Assembly: GCA_964187785.1 (NCBI GenBank)
Contig: OZ076409.1
Location: 2,604,001 to 2,668,000, forward strand
Source of the DNA: Amphiscolops sp. MND2022
Lineage: Eukaryota
DNA: 64,000 nt
Direction of reading: 5' to 3'
Below are positions 10,501 to 20,376 of the stretch, piece by piece (within the stretch, counting starts at the first letter, position 1; each line of letters starts with the position of its first letter). Under the pieces are notes generated by a model. It had not been told where the DNA came from. It searched no databases and was given only the letters and a program-made list of their open reading frames with translations. A program made the position numbers and the translations under genes.

Positions 10501-12600
10501 AGGCGGAGCGACATTTGACATGCTTGTTCAAGATCTTTTCGTAAAGTAGTGATACTTTTATGGTGTTCTTCTGTTAAAACAATGTCTGATTCTTTTCGTA
10601 ACAATTGGTAGAATGGTAGCAGTTTTTCACCAAGTTTGGGAATGAATGAACGAAAATACTGGAAAAAACCAATGAATCGTCGAATCTGCTTTATGGTTTT
10701 AGGAGGTTTCAGAGTGGCTAAAAATCTGTTATTTTTGTTTTGTTGGGAGACATTCCTTCGCTTGTAATCGTATTTCCCAAAAATGTCATTTCTTTTAGAC
10801 CAAATTCGCATTACTGGGTGTGAGTCGTAGACCTGTCTTTTGTATGTTTTCAAAGATGGCTTCTAAATTGGCAATAAATTCTTCAAAGGTTTTAGCTGCA
10901 GTGCCTAGATCATCAACATATTGAAAGCACTGGTCGGCAACTATACAAGGGTATAAGTATTTTTCGCATGAAGGAACTAATGGCGCTAACTGAGCGGCTT
11001 AGTCCTTGAGCTAAGCGCAAATATGCGAATGTCCTTGAAAGAAAATTGAAAGCCAGCAGTTGCACTGACAATGGGTCAGTCATTTGTATGACATGATACG
11101 CTTGACTGCAATCCAATTTTGCAAAATACTTCTTGCTTGCAAGATGCGCATTTACATCTGCTAGTGTTGCTATTGGAAAATTGTGATTATCGTAATCATG
11201 CCTGATTAAATGATTGATTCGTTTAAGGTCTACTAAAATTCGCAATTTACCCGAGGGCTTACGGACGGCAAAAATTGGGCTTGAGTACTTAGAGTACGTC
11301 AAGGTTGTTATTACTCCCCAATATTGCAAAAGTGCCAATTCCACTAGGACTTCATCGCGGTAGTGAATCGGGGTCGGTGGACCTTGGGTATACATCGGGT
11401 TATCATTTTCGGGGGTAAATTTCACTTTAAATTCTTCATTTGCTCCAATGTCTAAGCGATGTCTTGCGAAAATTTGGGGATATTTTAAAAGTAACGTTTC
11501 AACTATGTTAATCTGTTCAGCGTTAAAAACTGAGTTTTCCCACGTAAATTGTGATAGAAATTTCTTTCGGTCTTCTAAATTTTTGTCTGGTTCCAGCTTT
11601 TCTCGTGCTTTTAGAGCAACGATCTCGTCATAAATTCTTTTGTGGATTCCTGTGAGGTTTTCTGGGTCTTTGCAATTTTCCGGTGTAGGTAACCAAAACT
11701 CATCTGTTAATGGGTATACTTTGGTTTCAGAGTCTTCAATGAGACCATTAATGCTTTTAGTTAAATGGTCAAAGAGAAGTTCAGGGTTGATGGGATGCAA
11801 GTATTGAGCTTGCTTGGCTGTTAAGATTGTTACTTTCGCAACAAGAACATTTTTTGTGACTGTTACTTTGTATGGCAAGATATTAAGTATCCCAAGGGAA
11901 ACTTGTTTTTGGTCGTTCAGTTTTGCAATTGCGCTGGTGACGCAAAGTCCTGTTTGTTTTTCAAAAAGCGGATTCGGTTCTACAATAGCTACTGTTCCTT
12001 CAGGGAAGGATTCAGCTGAGAGAGAACAAGTGATTATTTCGGATGTATTCGGTTGTATCGAATAGTTTTGAATAGAGTGTGAGAAAAGGTTTTTCTTCGG
12101 AGTAAGAGAACTTACTTTTCCGTCTTTATGTATCCGTTCGGTCAATTGTAAAGTCATATTGGGTAGTTCAAGCGTTCTCGTTCTAGGGTGAATAAAAATA
12201 TCATTTTTCTCAAAAAGTGGTAATCCCAAAAAAGTCTGGTTCATGGTTTGCAATAAAATGAAAGGTTCAGTGAAAGATTCACCTGCAATTTTAAAAGAAG
12301 CTCGAAAAGGACCATAGGTGGTTACAGAGTCATCATTTGCCACTTTTACAGAGCTAGTTGCTGGATTATAGTTTGTTATAGCTGTTGGACAAAGACGTTG
12401 TAGTTTTTGAAAAATGGTTATGGGCATGGCGCTTGAGAATGGCGCACCTGTATCGATTAAAGCTTTAACTGGGAAAGAAAAGTTAAGTGGTACAGAGAAA
12501 AGTGAAGTGCGAGGCTTTGAGGAAAGGATGTTTATAAATGATGAAGAGTTAATCATATTAGTAGATAAAGAAGGAGAAATATGGGCAATGTGTGGCTTAC
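7514..12600 (-). pseudogene. pol: Gypsy A pol (protease, RT, RNase H, integrase with long P/S/T tail), disrupted
   Basis: Protease ALIDTGA; RT YSSPIFAVRK...LRILVD and QYVDDLG; integrase H-H-C-C plus QVDLVG and VVLSDMG. It is split across ORFs 10913-12556, 10428-10853, 9035-10006 and 7514-9013 by frameshifts and stops. Confidence 0.93.
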
Positions 12601-13819
12601 TTAGTTTTTTGGATTGGAGGCTTGTTGGTTTACGTCATAGTGGGGTGACAAATATGGAGGCATTTGAGTGATGGGTACCATCTGCTGAGGCTGCATCGTG
12701 GGTTGTGGAGCTGTGAAATTCGGCGCTGAGTATTGGGTGTATGGTAGGGCTGGAGGTTGATGTCGTTGTGGACGAAACCAGCATTGTGAGAGTATGTGTC
12801 CGAACTTGTTGCAATAGTTGCAGTCATTTTGGCTAGATTGCGCAGTATTATTGTTTCGTTGCTGATTCCAGTTGGGTTTCTGATTTTGCAAATTTGGGTT
12901 TGGCGGTCGCCAATTTTGCTGATGGTTGTTGTTATTTTTCCACTTCTGCTGGTTGTTTCTCCATTGCTGAGGGTTGTTTCCACGAAGACCATTATTTTTG
13001 TTCCAATTTTGCTGCTTGTTTTTGTTGTAGTTGTTATTGTTTCTGTTGTTGCTGTTGTTATTGGAAGTTTGGGCTGTAGTGAGCTGGTTAATGGTTGGTT
13101 GCAAGGTTTTGGTCAATTCTTGCAATTCAGTGGACAACTTTCTAGTTTCTTGCTTGAGAACATCTTTTGCTTTTGACAACTCATGGATTCCTGTGAGGAG
13201 ATCTTTTGTGGAGAAGTTCTGAAGCTCGTTGAAGGCGGTGTCGTCATCTTCCGGGTAAAGACGATCTACAATCATTCTGCTAGAAGCTTTTGCGCATAAC
13301 TCCTCAATTGGAGTTTCATCTGGTTGTGTCATTAAGAAGCGTTTGAGTTTGATAGGCATTCCATTAATGAATGCTTCTCTCACTCGTCGTGTTCTTTCTT
13401 GAGCACGATCCTCTGCTGCTACTGCAGGTCGTCCACCTGCGGCGGCTCTTGCTACAACGTTGCCAATCCAAAGCCAATCGTTGCAATTCAGTAAGGAAAT
13501 CCTGAGCGCTTTCCTCCGAGGGTTTCATTTTGCGGGAGTTGAAAAGCAACTTTTGAAGCTGAATTCTCTGGTCGTTTTGATATCTGTCACATAGGGCTGC
13601 TACTGCTTGATCGTAGTCATCTCGAACTGCTGCTTCTTGTTGGTCGAAAAATGTGAGTGCACCTCCTTTCAGATGAAGGTGAAGGTATCTATGTCTGTCA
13701 CCATTAGGTACAGCAGCTACTTGAATACAGCTTTCAAGTTGTCGTAAAAATTCATTGAGGTTTTCCTTTTCTGTGCCTTTAAAAGGCTGTAGGTTAACGA
13801 AAGGTTGAATAGCGGCCAT
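12601..13819 (-). pseudogene. gag: Gypsy A gag, frameshifted near 13370-13470
   Basis: ORFs 13364-13819 (LQPFKG...FLRQLE...LHLKGGALTFF) and 12601-13383 (CCHC knuckle CNYCNKFGHILSQC, N/Q-rich region). Confidence 0.88.
12604..12610 (-). promoter_or_regulatory. -1 ribosomal frameshift slippery heptamer A AAA AAC
   Basis: It precedes the gag TAA, and the -1 frame runs open into pol ORF 10913-12556. Confidence 0.8.
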
Positions 13820-14000
13820 TTGAAGGTTTTGTGAAGAAAGCTTAAATTATGAAGAATGCGTGTCGAATGAGAATTTTCTGGAGATTTTCAGGCAAAATTT
13901 TGTATAATTATCAACTGGAATCGATGAACATAGCTTTGTTTTAATCAGAAGTTGTTGTGTTTCAGTTGTTCAGGAAGGAGGCTGAGTGAACAGGAAAGGA

Positions 14001-14014
14001 GACTCCTGTCACCA
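14001..14014 (-). promoter_or_regulatory. primer-binding site of Gypsy A (tRNA-Leu-like, tentative)
   Basis: TGGTGACAGGAGTC abuts the 5' LTR end. Confidence 0.85.
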
Positions 14015-14378
14015 TGTCATGAGGTTGGTCCGAGCGGTGGACTATGAATTTTATAAAGAACATTTTGTATCACTTTTATACTTCAGATTTAGCCTGGGTT
14101 ATTTTCCTTTACTCATAGTGAATAAAGTTTTGTTGAAGAAATTAGTTTTAATGTTGAAGAGAAGTTGAAGCGAAGTTACAACTGAGTTATATAATTTACA
14201 ACAGTTAGAGCGAGTGTTCTTTAGATTGAGAAAGTTGTCTTCTGTTCTTGTGTTTAACCACTTCGTCGTATCGTCATCCATCTCAGTGTTGTCAGCCTCT
14301 GATTGGTCAACAACTTTTATTGGCTAAATACATTCTGTCATCGAATTATTGTAAATGCATCATGATTGTATCATGACA
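14015..14378 (-). repeat. 5' LTR of Gypsy A
   Basis: Direct repeat of 1841-2204, adjacent to the PBS. Confidence 0.96.
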
Positions 14379-14561
14379 CTTAATATTGTGAATTTCATTG
14401 ACACTTTTTGAGCCTTTTCAGGACAAAAACCTTCATTTCATAATGCAAGCCACTGTTTTGATCCATGTGTCAAAATTCCCGGGGCGCAGCATCTTTTCAG
14501 AAAGTTTCAAGGCACTGAAATGGACACTGAAAAGTGACGCTTCTGTTTATCTACAGTCATG

Positions 14562-15028
14562 CAGGGGTGTGAAATATTGTATTTAAGTATATTTTTTCAA
14601 AAAAACAAATATATTGTTTGATTCAATTTCAGCAATAAATTTATTGTATTTATTGTCCTGCAATATTTTAGAAAAACAAAAAATTGTGAAATTTTTTATT
14701 GGGCAGAGAAACATTCATTTACAAGGCAAACATCCCAATGTTGTTTATTTGTATAAAGAAAGACTACACTCTCGAAATTAATAGGAAGCGAAAAGCTTAG
14801 TGAATTTCTCTCTTAATAGTCTTTCACTTCTATAGTCCGCTTAAAATGCATTTTAAATGAAACTTTATTTCTATTTTTCAATAATTTTTTTGCGCAATAT
14901 ATTGTAGAGCTCTGACAATATTTGCCTTATTTCAATAAATATATTGTATTTTTGCTCCAACTAAATAAATATATTAATTGTATTTTATTGCAATATATTG
15001 CAATACAATATAAATTTTTACACCTCTG
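14562..15028. mobile_element. hAT-type MITE (467 bp)
   Basis: Imperfect TIRs CAGGGGTGTGAAATATT / AATTTTTACACCTCTG with an 8-bp TSD CAGTCATG (14554-14561, 15029-15036). The interior is AT-rich and non-coding. Confidence 0.8.
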
Positions 15029-15830
15029 CAGTCATGTACGAAAGTTATTGATGGTCAAGCATAACAATTTAATTCATTTCAGTTCTTAAAGGTCAACTTT
15101 AGATGTAAATAACTTTCGAACTAATTGTCGTGGGAAGATGATTGACATCTCATTTGACAGGTATTTGAGTCTACTTTCTCATGAAACTCATTTCCTTTTT
15201 GCAAAATGTCACAAACACCGCTTGAAACTCGTAAACAAATTGTAACTCTTTATCTGAATGTTCAATCAATTTGGTTCATCGCAAAACAATTGAAAATGAA
15301 CATTCCATTACATAGTTAAACGTTATAAAGAAGACCCCTCCTCCCTCGAAAACAGAAAAAGGTCAGGCCAGCCACGCAAAATCGATAAAAGATGCGAAAG
15401 ATTTATACTCCGGCAGGTGACCGAAAACCCTTCTATGACAAAAAATGTGGGATTACGGACACATTCCAAACGCCAGACCAGAATTCAGCCAGCAGAATTC
15501 GAAGAGGGTTGATCAAAACAAATTAAAATGCAGGGTTACTGTGAGAAAAACGGTCATATCTGGAACAAATGTCAAAAAAAGAAAACTCTTCTGTTTGGGA
15601 CACACCAATTTTCAGTAGAACAAGGTGGTTTTTTTTCCGATGAAACAAACGATCCTATTCCCCCTCCCAAAATAGCTATGGCTCAGTTGGTGAAGGTCAA
15701 AAGGGAGGAAAATATCCCGGTGCTTAGCGGGCGTCTCGTAATGACCATACAAAGGAAAAACATTCAACTTATCCAACGTCCCTAAAATGGTGTTTTTATG
15801 GTCTAAATGTCTTCCATACATGGCAAATTA
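15029..15830 (+). pseudogene. degenerate Tc1/mariner transposon remnant
   Basis: Reads SGQPRKIDKRCERFILRQVTENPSMT (GRPR-type HTH linker) near 15363-15440 and FSDE near 15630. The end resembles TA-CAGT. No right TIR was found. Confidence 0.65.
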
Positions 15831-16959
15831 GCATAATGTAGTCAATTAACACTCAGAGTGATGCTCCTTTGTTGGCTGCTCCTTAACCTTGAACGAATTT
15901 CTTTCAAAAGTTAAAAATTTCATCACAATCGCCATTTTTTAGTATCTAGTCCTGACTTTTTTAATGATTGATTTTGTTTGAAGCACAAATTTATTTCTCT
16001 GCCTGTAACAAAAAACATTGCTTATGTAAAAAGAAGTCAAAGAAATTCTGTTAATTCTTGATAGTTTGCGTATGCAAAGATCTTCAATGTATCCGTTTTT
16101 GCCATTACTATTCGAAAGGTTTCTTAGAAAAAACTTTAATCTTTTATCGAAATCATGCATGTCATACAATGGCCATAATAAATACACTTAGATCATAAAA
16201 TGACTGGATATGAAAACAGATGGTTCATACAAAATACTGACCCTTTATGAAAACATTTTAGTCATAGCATGATCATAAAAATGGTTTTTTTTCGATGACA
16301 TCTTGTTTCCATTTTTGGAAACATTGTATGAAGTAGATATTATGTCAACCCGGGCTCCTCAAACCTAACAGATTATATCGTCCGACTGCTTTGAAACTTA
16401 GGTCTTTCCTCCAGAAGGAATTTCTTCGTTTTTCCCAATTTTTTTTCCTGATAAAAGTTTGTTTCGTAATGAAGTTCTAAATTGTCAAAAATATTTTCGC
16501 TGTCATATGACAGCCGTCAAAGGCTGCTTTTTTGTCTTAGCAACCACATGAAATGAATTCTTTTTTTTTCAATTTAGAAAAATAGATGCAATGGCAGAAA
16601 TTTATTTTCTTTCGTGGCCTTAAAGGCGAGAAAAGCGAACTAAGCACAAGGATTTGAACTTTTACAGAACAAAATTATAACAATGACTGAGTTTATGACG
16701 GGATATCTATTTTGATGCAAGAATTGGTGCCTATTCAATTCGTCGAACATTCAAATCGTCGAAAGATGAAAAGCTATTCAATGCGTCGAAAGAATTCCAT
16801 ATCAGCGATTAATTTCATTTGGTTATATTTTGTAGCGATTAGCATATTTGTTGTATGGCTCGGTCGCTTCGCTCCCTTCGCCAAGTAGCAATATTGAGGC
16901 ATGGCCATATGGCACGTCGCTCCGCTTCGCTTCGCTCCTGCATTTAGGGCACTAGGAGT

Positions 16960-19166
16960 TGTCACAGCCCCACTTGAGCTGTGAGTATTGCAGCAGAATC
17001 AACCCAGTCTTCGAAGAATAAATTAGGAAATGGAAAAGGAGAAATGAAAACAGAAAACCAGAAAACAATCAGTTTAATCCATACAACCTGAAATAATGGC
17101 GCTAAATAATATAATAATTAGAAGAAATTATATATTAATATTTATGTAGTTATATATACTTACATACAGTATACTAACCGGGATAAAGCTACTTGTGCAG
17201 TTATTAGTATTAATACGGTGCTATATAATTAATAGTAATACAATCACACCGCTCAGTAAGCGGCCTGAATGAATAATGGCGGAACTGCGGCCTGGCAGCC
17301 GGCCTGAGATTTGCGCAGTGAAGCGGTGGCCTGGCGAGTGGCCTGAGAATGAAAGTGCTACGAATCAATCTCTAACACCAATTATGCTATTTTGTGAGTA
17401 CATGTAAACCTGTTGATGCGTTAAACGAGTATTAGAATAACGTTATACATGTAATTGTCCATATAAACAAGTATTGGAGCTAACTTTGAAATACCGATAT
17501 ACTGCGGCCCAGGACATGGCCTGAAATGTAAATCTATAAAATCCATTGTAGAAATGGAAATTGTTAATGTTAATAGTGATTTTTTTCTGCTCCTAATGAG
17601 CCTACCAATCAATGCCTGCAATCTCAAATGATGCCTGGAGACAAAGAATGAAGTATGATGCTATTTTTACAGATAAACCATGTTCAAGTGCTATACGAAG
17701 TAGACCGCGGCCTGAGACACGGCCTGAAATCTATTCTGACCAAATCCATCCTGGAATTGGAAATATCGACCCTCCCTAACCATTTCTCCGCTCTCACGAG
17801 AGAGCAGTGACGCAACGCATACAACAGTAAGCGGTATTGATTGATTGCATGCAATGTATGATGATTTTAACCATGTAAATGCAGTATTTAATTTGAGAAT
17901 GCCAAGCCTCGGCCCAGACCTTGGCCTGGGATTGAATGTTCGATTTAGCTTGTTTTAATCTCCATAAATGAGTTGTGTTGCCTTGTTTAGAGTCAATTTC
18001 CACTCAACTAGATTGGGAAGAGACTCGAACCGTATTTTCGAGTTGATGCTAATCACTGAATTGTTTGTTGTTGATATAATTAATCATTATTTTTCAGGAA
18101 ATCATTTCATTTTGCCTCAACCGTTCCAGACTTTAGCCTGGGACCGAGCTTTCCCATTTATACTCGAATTTGTGATTTTAAGCTCTCATGAGTGAACTTT
18201 ATGAGCTAATTTGTATTTCTTATTAAATAATCATCTCGCCGTGCAATATTTGAACCAAATTAATTTGGGAAGTTCTCATTTTCCCAATTTCCAATTTGTT
18301 GCTTTGTTCGATCATTTCGCTCTTTGGGCGTGCGCAGTGACTAATTTTTTCACACTTTGTTCAGTTTCGGCGTCTTGAAAAGGCGGGGATTGGAGGCGAA
18401 GGGAAGCGGAGTCGCAACTCAGACAGGAAGTGGACGCTTGCTTTCCTCGGAAAGCATGAACAAACTGAGAGTCTGAGTTCGACAAAGCGGAACTGAGCTT
18501 CCTGTTTCTCCGCCTTGGAGGGACGCCGGGCTGAATGAAGCGTGAAAGTGGTGCGGATTTTTCCCCGCTTCACGTGGGTGAAAAGTATATATACTTTGGA
18601 AGATTGAATAATTCCAGTGAGAAATAATCTTGATAATTTCAACAAGTTGATAATTTGACAATTTCGTTAGAATCTTGAAATTCAATAATCATTCGTTGTA
18701 AAACAACTTTACTCTTCACTTTGAAAATACAATTGAAGATTAAAAAATCTCAATCTTTTCCCTCAGATTCCCGTTGGATAGCCTCAAGCTTATAAACCTT
18801 AAACCCGAAAAATGCCTGAAAGATCCTCCAAAAGAAAGGCCAGGAGAGATTCAGTGACTAGTTCGTTAGGCGAGCCAGAAGCAACTAGTTTGAGAACTGA
18901 AAACGTTCCCAGTATTTCCGACCGAGACTTCTCTGAGTTATCTGAGAAAATTGAAAAGTCAGTGACTAGAAGAATAGGAGATGCCGAAGTTGGGCAGAGA
19001 GAGATTTTGAAAATGATCGAGAACTTATCCTCGAAAATAGACTCACTGTCCGGCCAACCACCCAATTGTGAAAACCTCGCCTTAGATTCCGACGAGATCG
19101 AAAATCAAGCCTCAACATCAAGGCCATCCATACTGAACGAGTTGCACCCATCGCAGGGTCAACACA
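16960..19166 (+). repeat. 5' LTR of Gypsy B (2207 bp)
   Basis: Near-identical to 31083-33289; 4 substitutions noticed by eye, not an exhaustive count. Confidence 0.97.
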
Positions 19167-20374
19167 TGGTGACAGGAGTGTTCCCCCAAGCAGAAGTCCC
19201 GCCCCGATCATCAAGCCTACCGCCCCCCAACCAGAAATACCCGGACCACATAGTGGAAAAGCTACTAGAATCGCTACAGAACGTAACCCAACAAAATATC
19301 GGGCTCCCTAGACTGCCAAAAGCGATGTCAACAACAATGCCTACTTTCAAAGGTAAAAACGACAAGTTTGAACACTTCGAAGACCTTTTTATGACTAGCC
19401 TCAAAGTGTATCCCAACATATCCGAAGAAGAGAAAATACACTATTTCCATTCCTTACTCAGGGATGACGCCCTGCAGACATACCGCAATATGACCGACAC
19501 AAACCGTGCCAGCCTGGAGGACATCATAGCAACCTTCAGACGACGATATGTCCGCCCCCAATCTATCGCAACAGCCCGCTGCAAATGGAATCAGCTCTAT
19601 TTTGACCCATCCCAACAAACTTTCCAAGATTTCTTGGAGCAGTATCAAAAACTGGCCCAAGAAGCATACGGAGATGACGCCCCCAAGTTCATTGAGACCT
19701 CCTTCTACGCCAAAATGCCGACCCACCTAAAACGAGTGCTAAACCAGGCAAGGTTAGAAACTGAATCGTACGAAATGATGGTCGAACACCTAGAAAGAGA
19801 GATGGAGCTAAACGGACTGTTGGCACCAAACGAGAGCAACATAACAGGAGTGCACCAAATTGACGTGCAAGACCCACAACAAGCTCCGAATCCCCCCAAA
19901 CCATCAGGACCATGCTACGGATGTGGGCAATCCGGCCATGTTGTCAAAAATTGCAGAAAAGTAGCCCGCGAAGCTCGCAATCGGGGTAACAGAGTGCCCA
20001 ACAAAATAGTTAACCCATGCGAAACTTGTGGCAAGAAAAGCCACACAACTGAAGAATGCTACTCAGGCGCCAACTGGGCAAATCGACCACAATGGTGGAA
20101 AACCCCCAAGGCTACGTCCTCAAACAGCATACCGCTACCACCACAGTCACAAGGTCAGTATGCCAAAACCAATTTACCAGTGACCCAACCGCCATATCAA
20201 AATCAAACAACCAGCCAAATGGGCTACCTACCTCCCCTTTCAATGACAACCCAACCCCAAACCCAAACCCAGTACCACAACCAGACAACTGACCACATGG
20301 GATTCATACCTCCAAGGCAAGTGACTACCCAACCTCAAACCCAACCTCAAAACCAAACCCAGTCAAAAAACTAG
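18812..20374 (+). CDS. gag: Gypsy B Gag (520 aa from the first ATG, which lies inside the LTR)
   Basis: Capsid-like MPTFKGKNDKFEHFEDLF...YFHSLLRDDAL and two CCHC knuckles (CYGCGQSGHVVKNC, CETCGKKSHTTEEC). Confidence 0.93.
   Translation: MPERSSKRKARRDSVTSSLGEPEATSLRTENVPSISDRDFSELSEKIEKSVTRRIGDAEVGQREILKMIENLSSKIDSLSGQPPNCENLALDSDEIENQASTSRPSILNELHPSQGQHMVTGVFPQAEVPPRSSSLPPPNQKYPDHIVEKLLESLQNVTQQNIGLPRLPKAMSTTMPTFKGKNDKFEHFEDLFMTSLKVYPNISEEEKIHYFHSLLRDDALQTYRNMTDTNRASLEDIIATFRRRYVRPQSIATARCKWNQLYFDPSQQTFQDFLEQYQKLAQEAYGDDAPKFIETSFYAKMPTHLKRVLNQARLETESYEMMVEHLEREMELNGLLAPNESNITGVHQIDVQDPQQAPNPPKPSGPCYGCGQSGHVVKNCRKVAREARNRGNRVPNKIVNPCETCGKKSHTTEECYSGANWANRPQWWKTPKATSSNSIPLPPQSQGQYAKTNLPVTQPPYQNQTTSQMGYLPPLSMTTQPQTQTQYHNQTTDHMGFIPPRQVTTQPQTQPQNQTQSKN
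19167..19180 (+). promoter_or_regulatory. primer-binding site of Gypsy B (tRNA-Leu-like, tentative)
   Basis: TGGTGACAGGAGTG starts exactly where identity to the 3' LTR ends. It matches the Gypsy A PBS at 13 of 14 positions. Confidence 0.9.
20365..20371 (+). promoter_or_regulatory. -1 ribosomal frameshift slippery heptamer A AAA AAC
   Basis: Directly before the gag TAG. The pol ORF is in the -1 frame and open from this point. Confidence 0.85.
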
Positions 20375-20376
20375 CT

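Larger units (their letters stand above)
1841..14378 (-). mobile_element. Gypsy A: full-length Ty3/Gypsy LTR retrotransposon with env-like and antisense cargo, decayed gag-pol
   Basis: Two 364-bp LTRs with termini TGTCAYGA...TCATGACA and a 5-bp TSD CTTAA (1836-1840, 14379-14383). PBS, PPT, gag and PR-RT-RH-IN order are all present. Confidence 0.96.

Noticed and set aside
17421-18685. short ORFs in the B LTR (repeated at 31544-32808)
   Set aside because: They have no recognisable motifs, and their duplication only reflects LTR identity.
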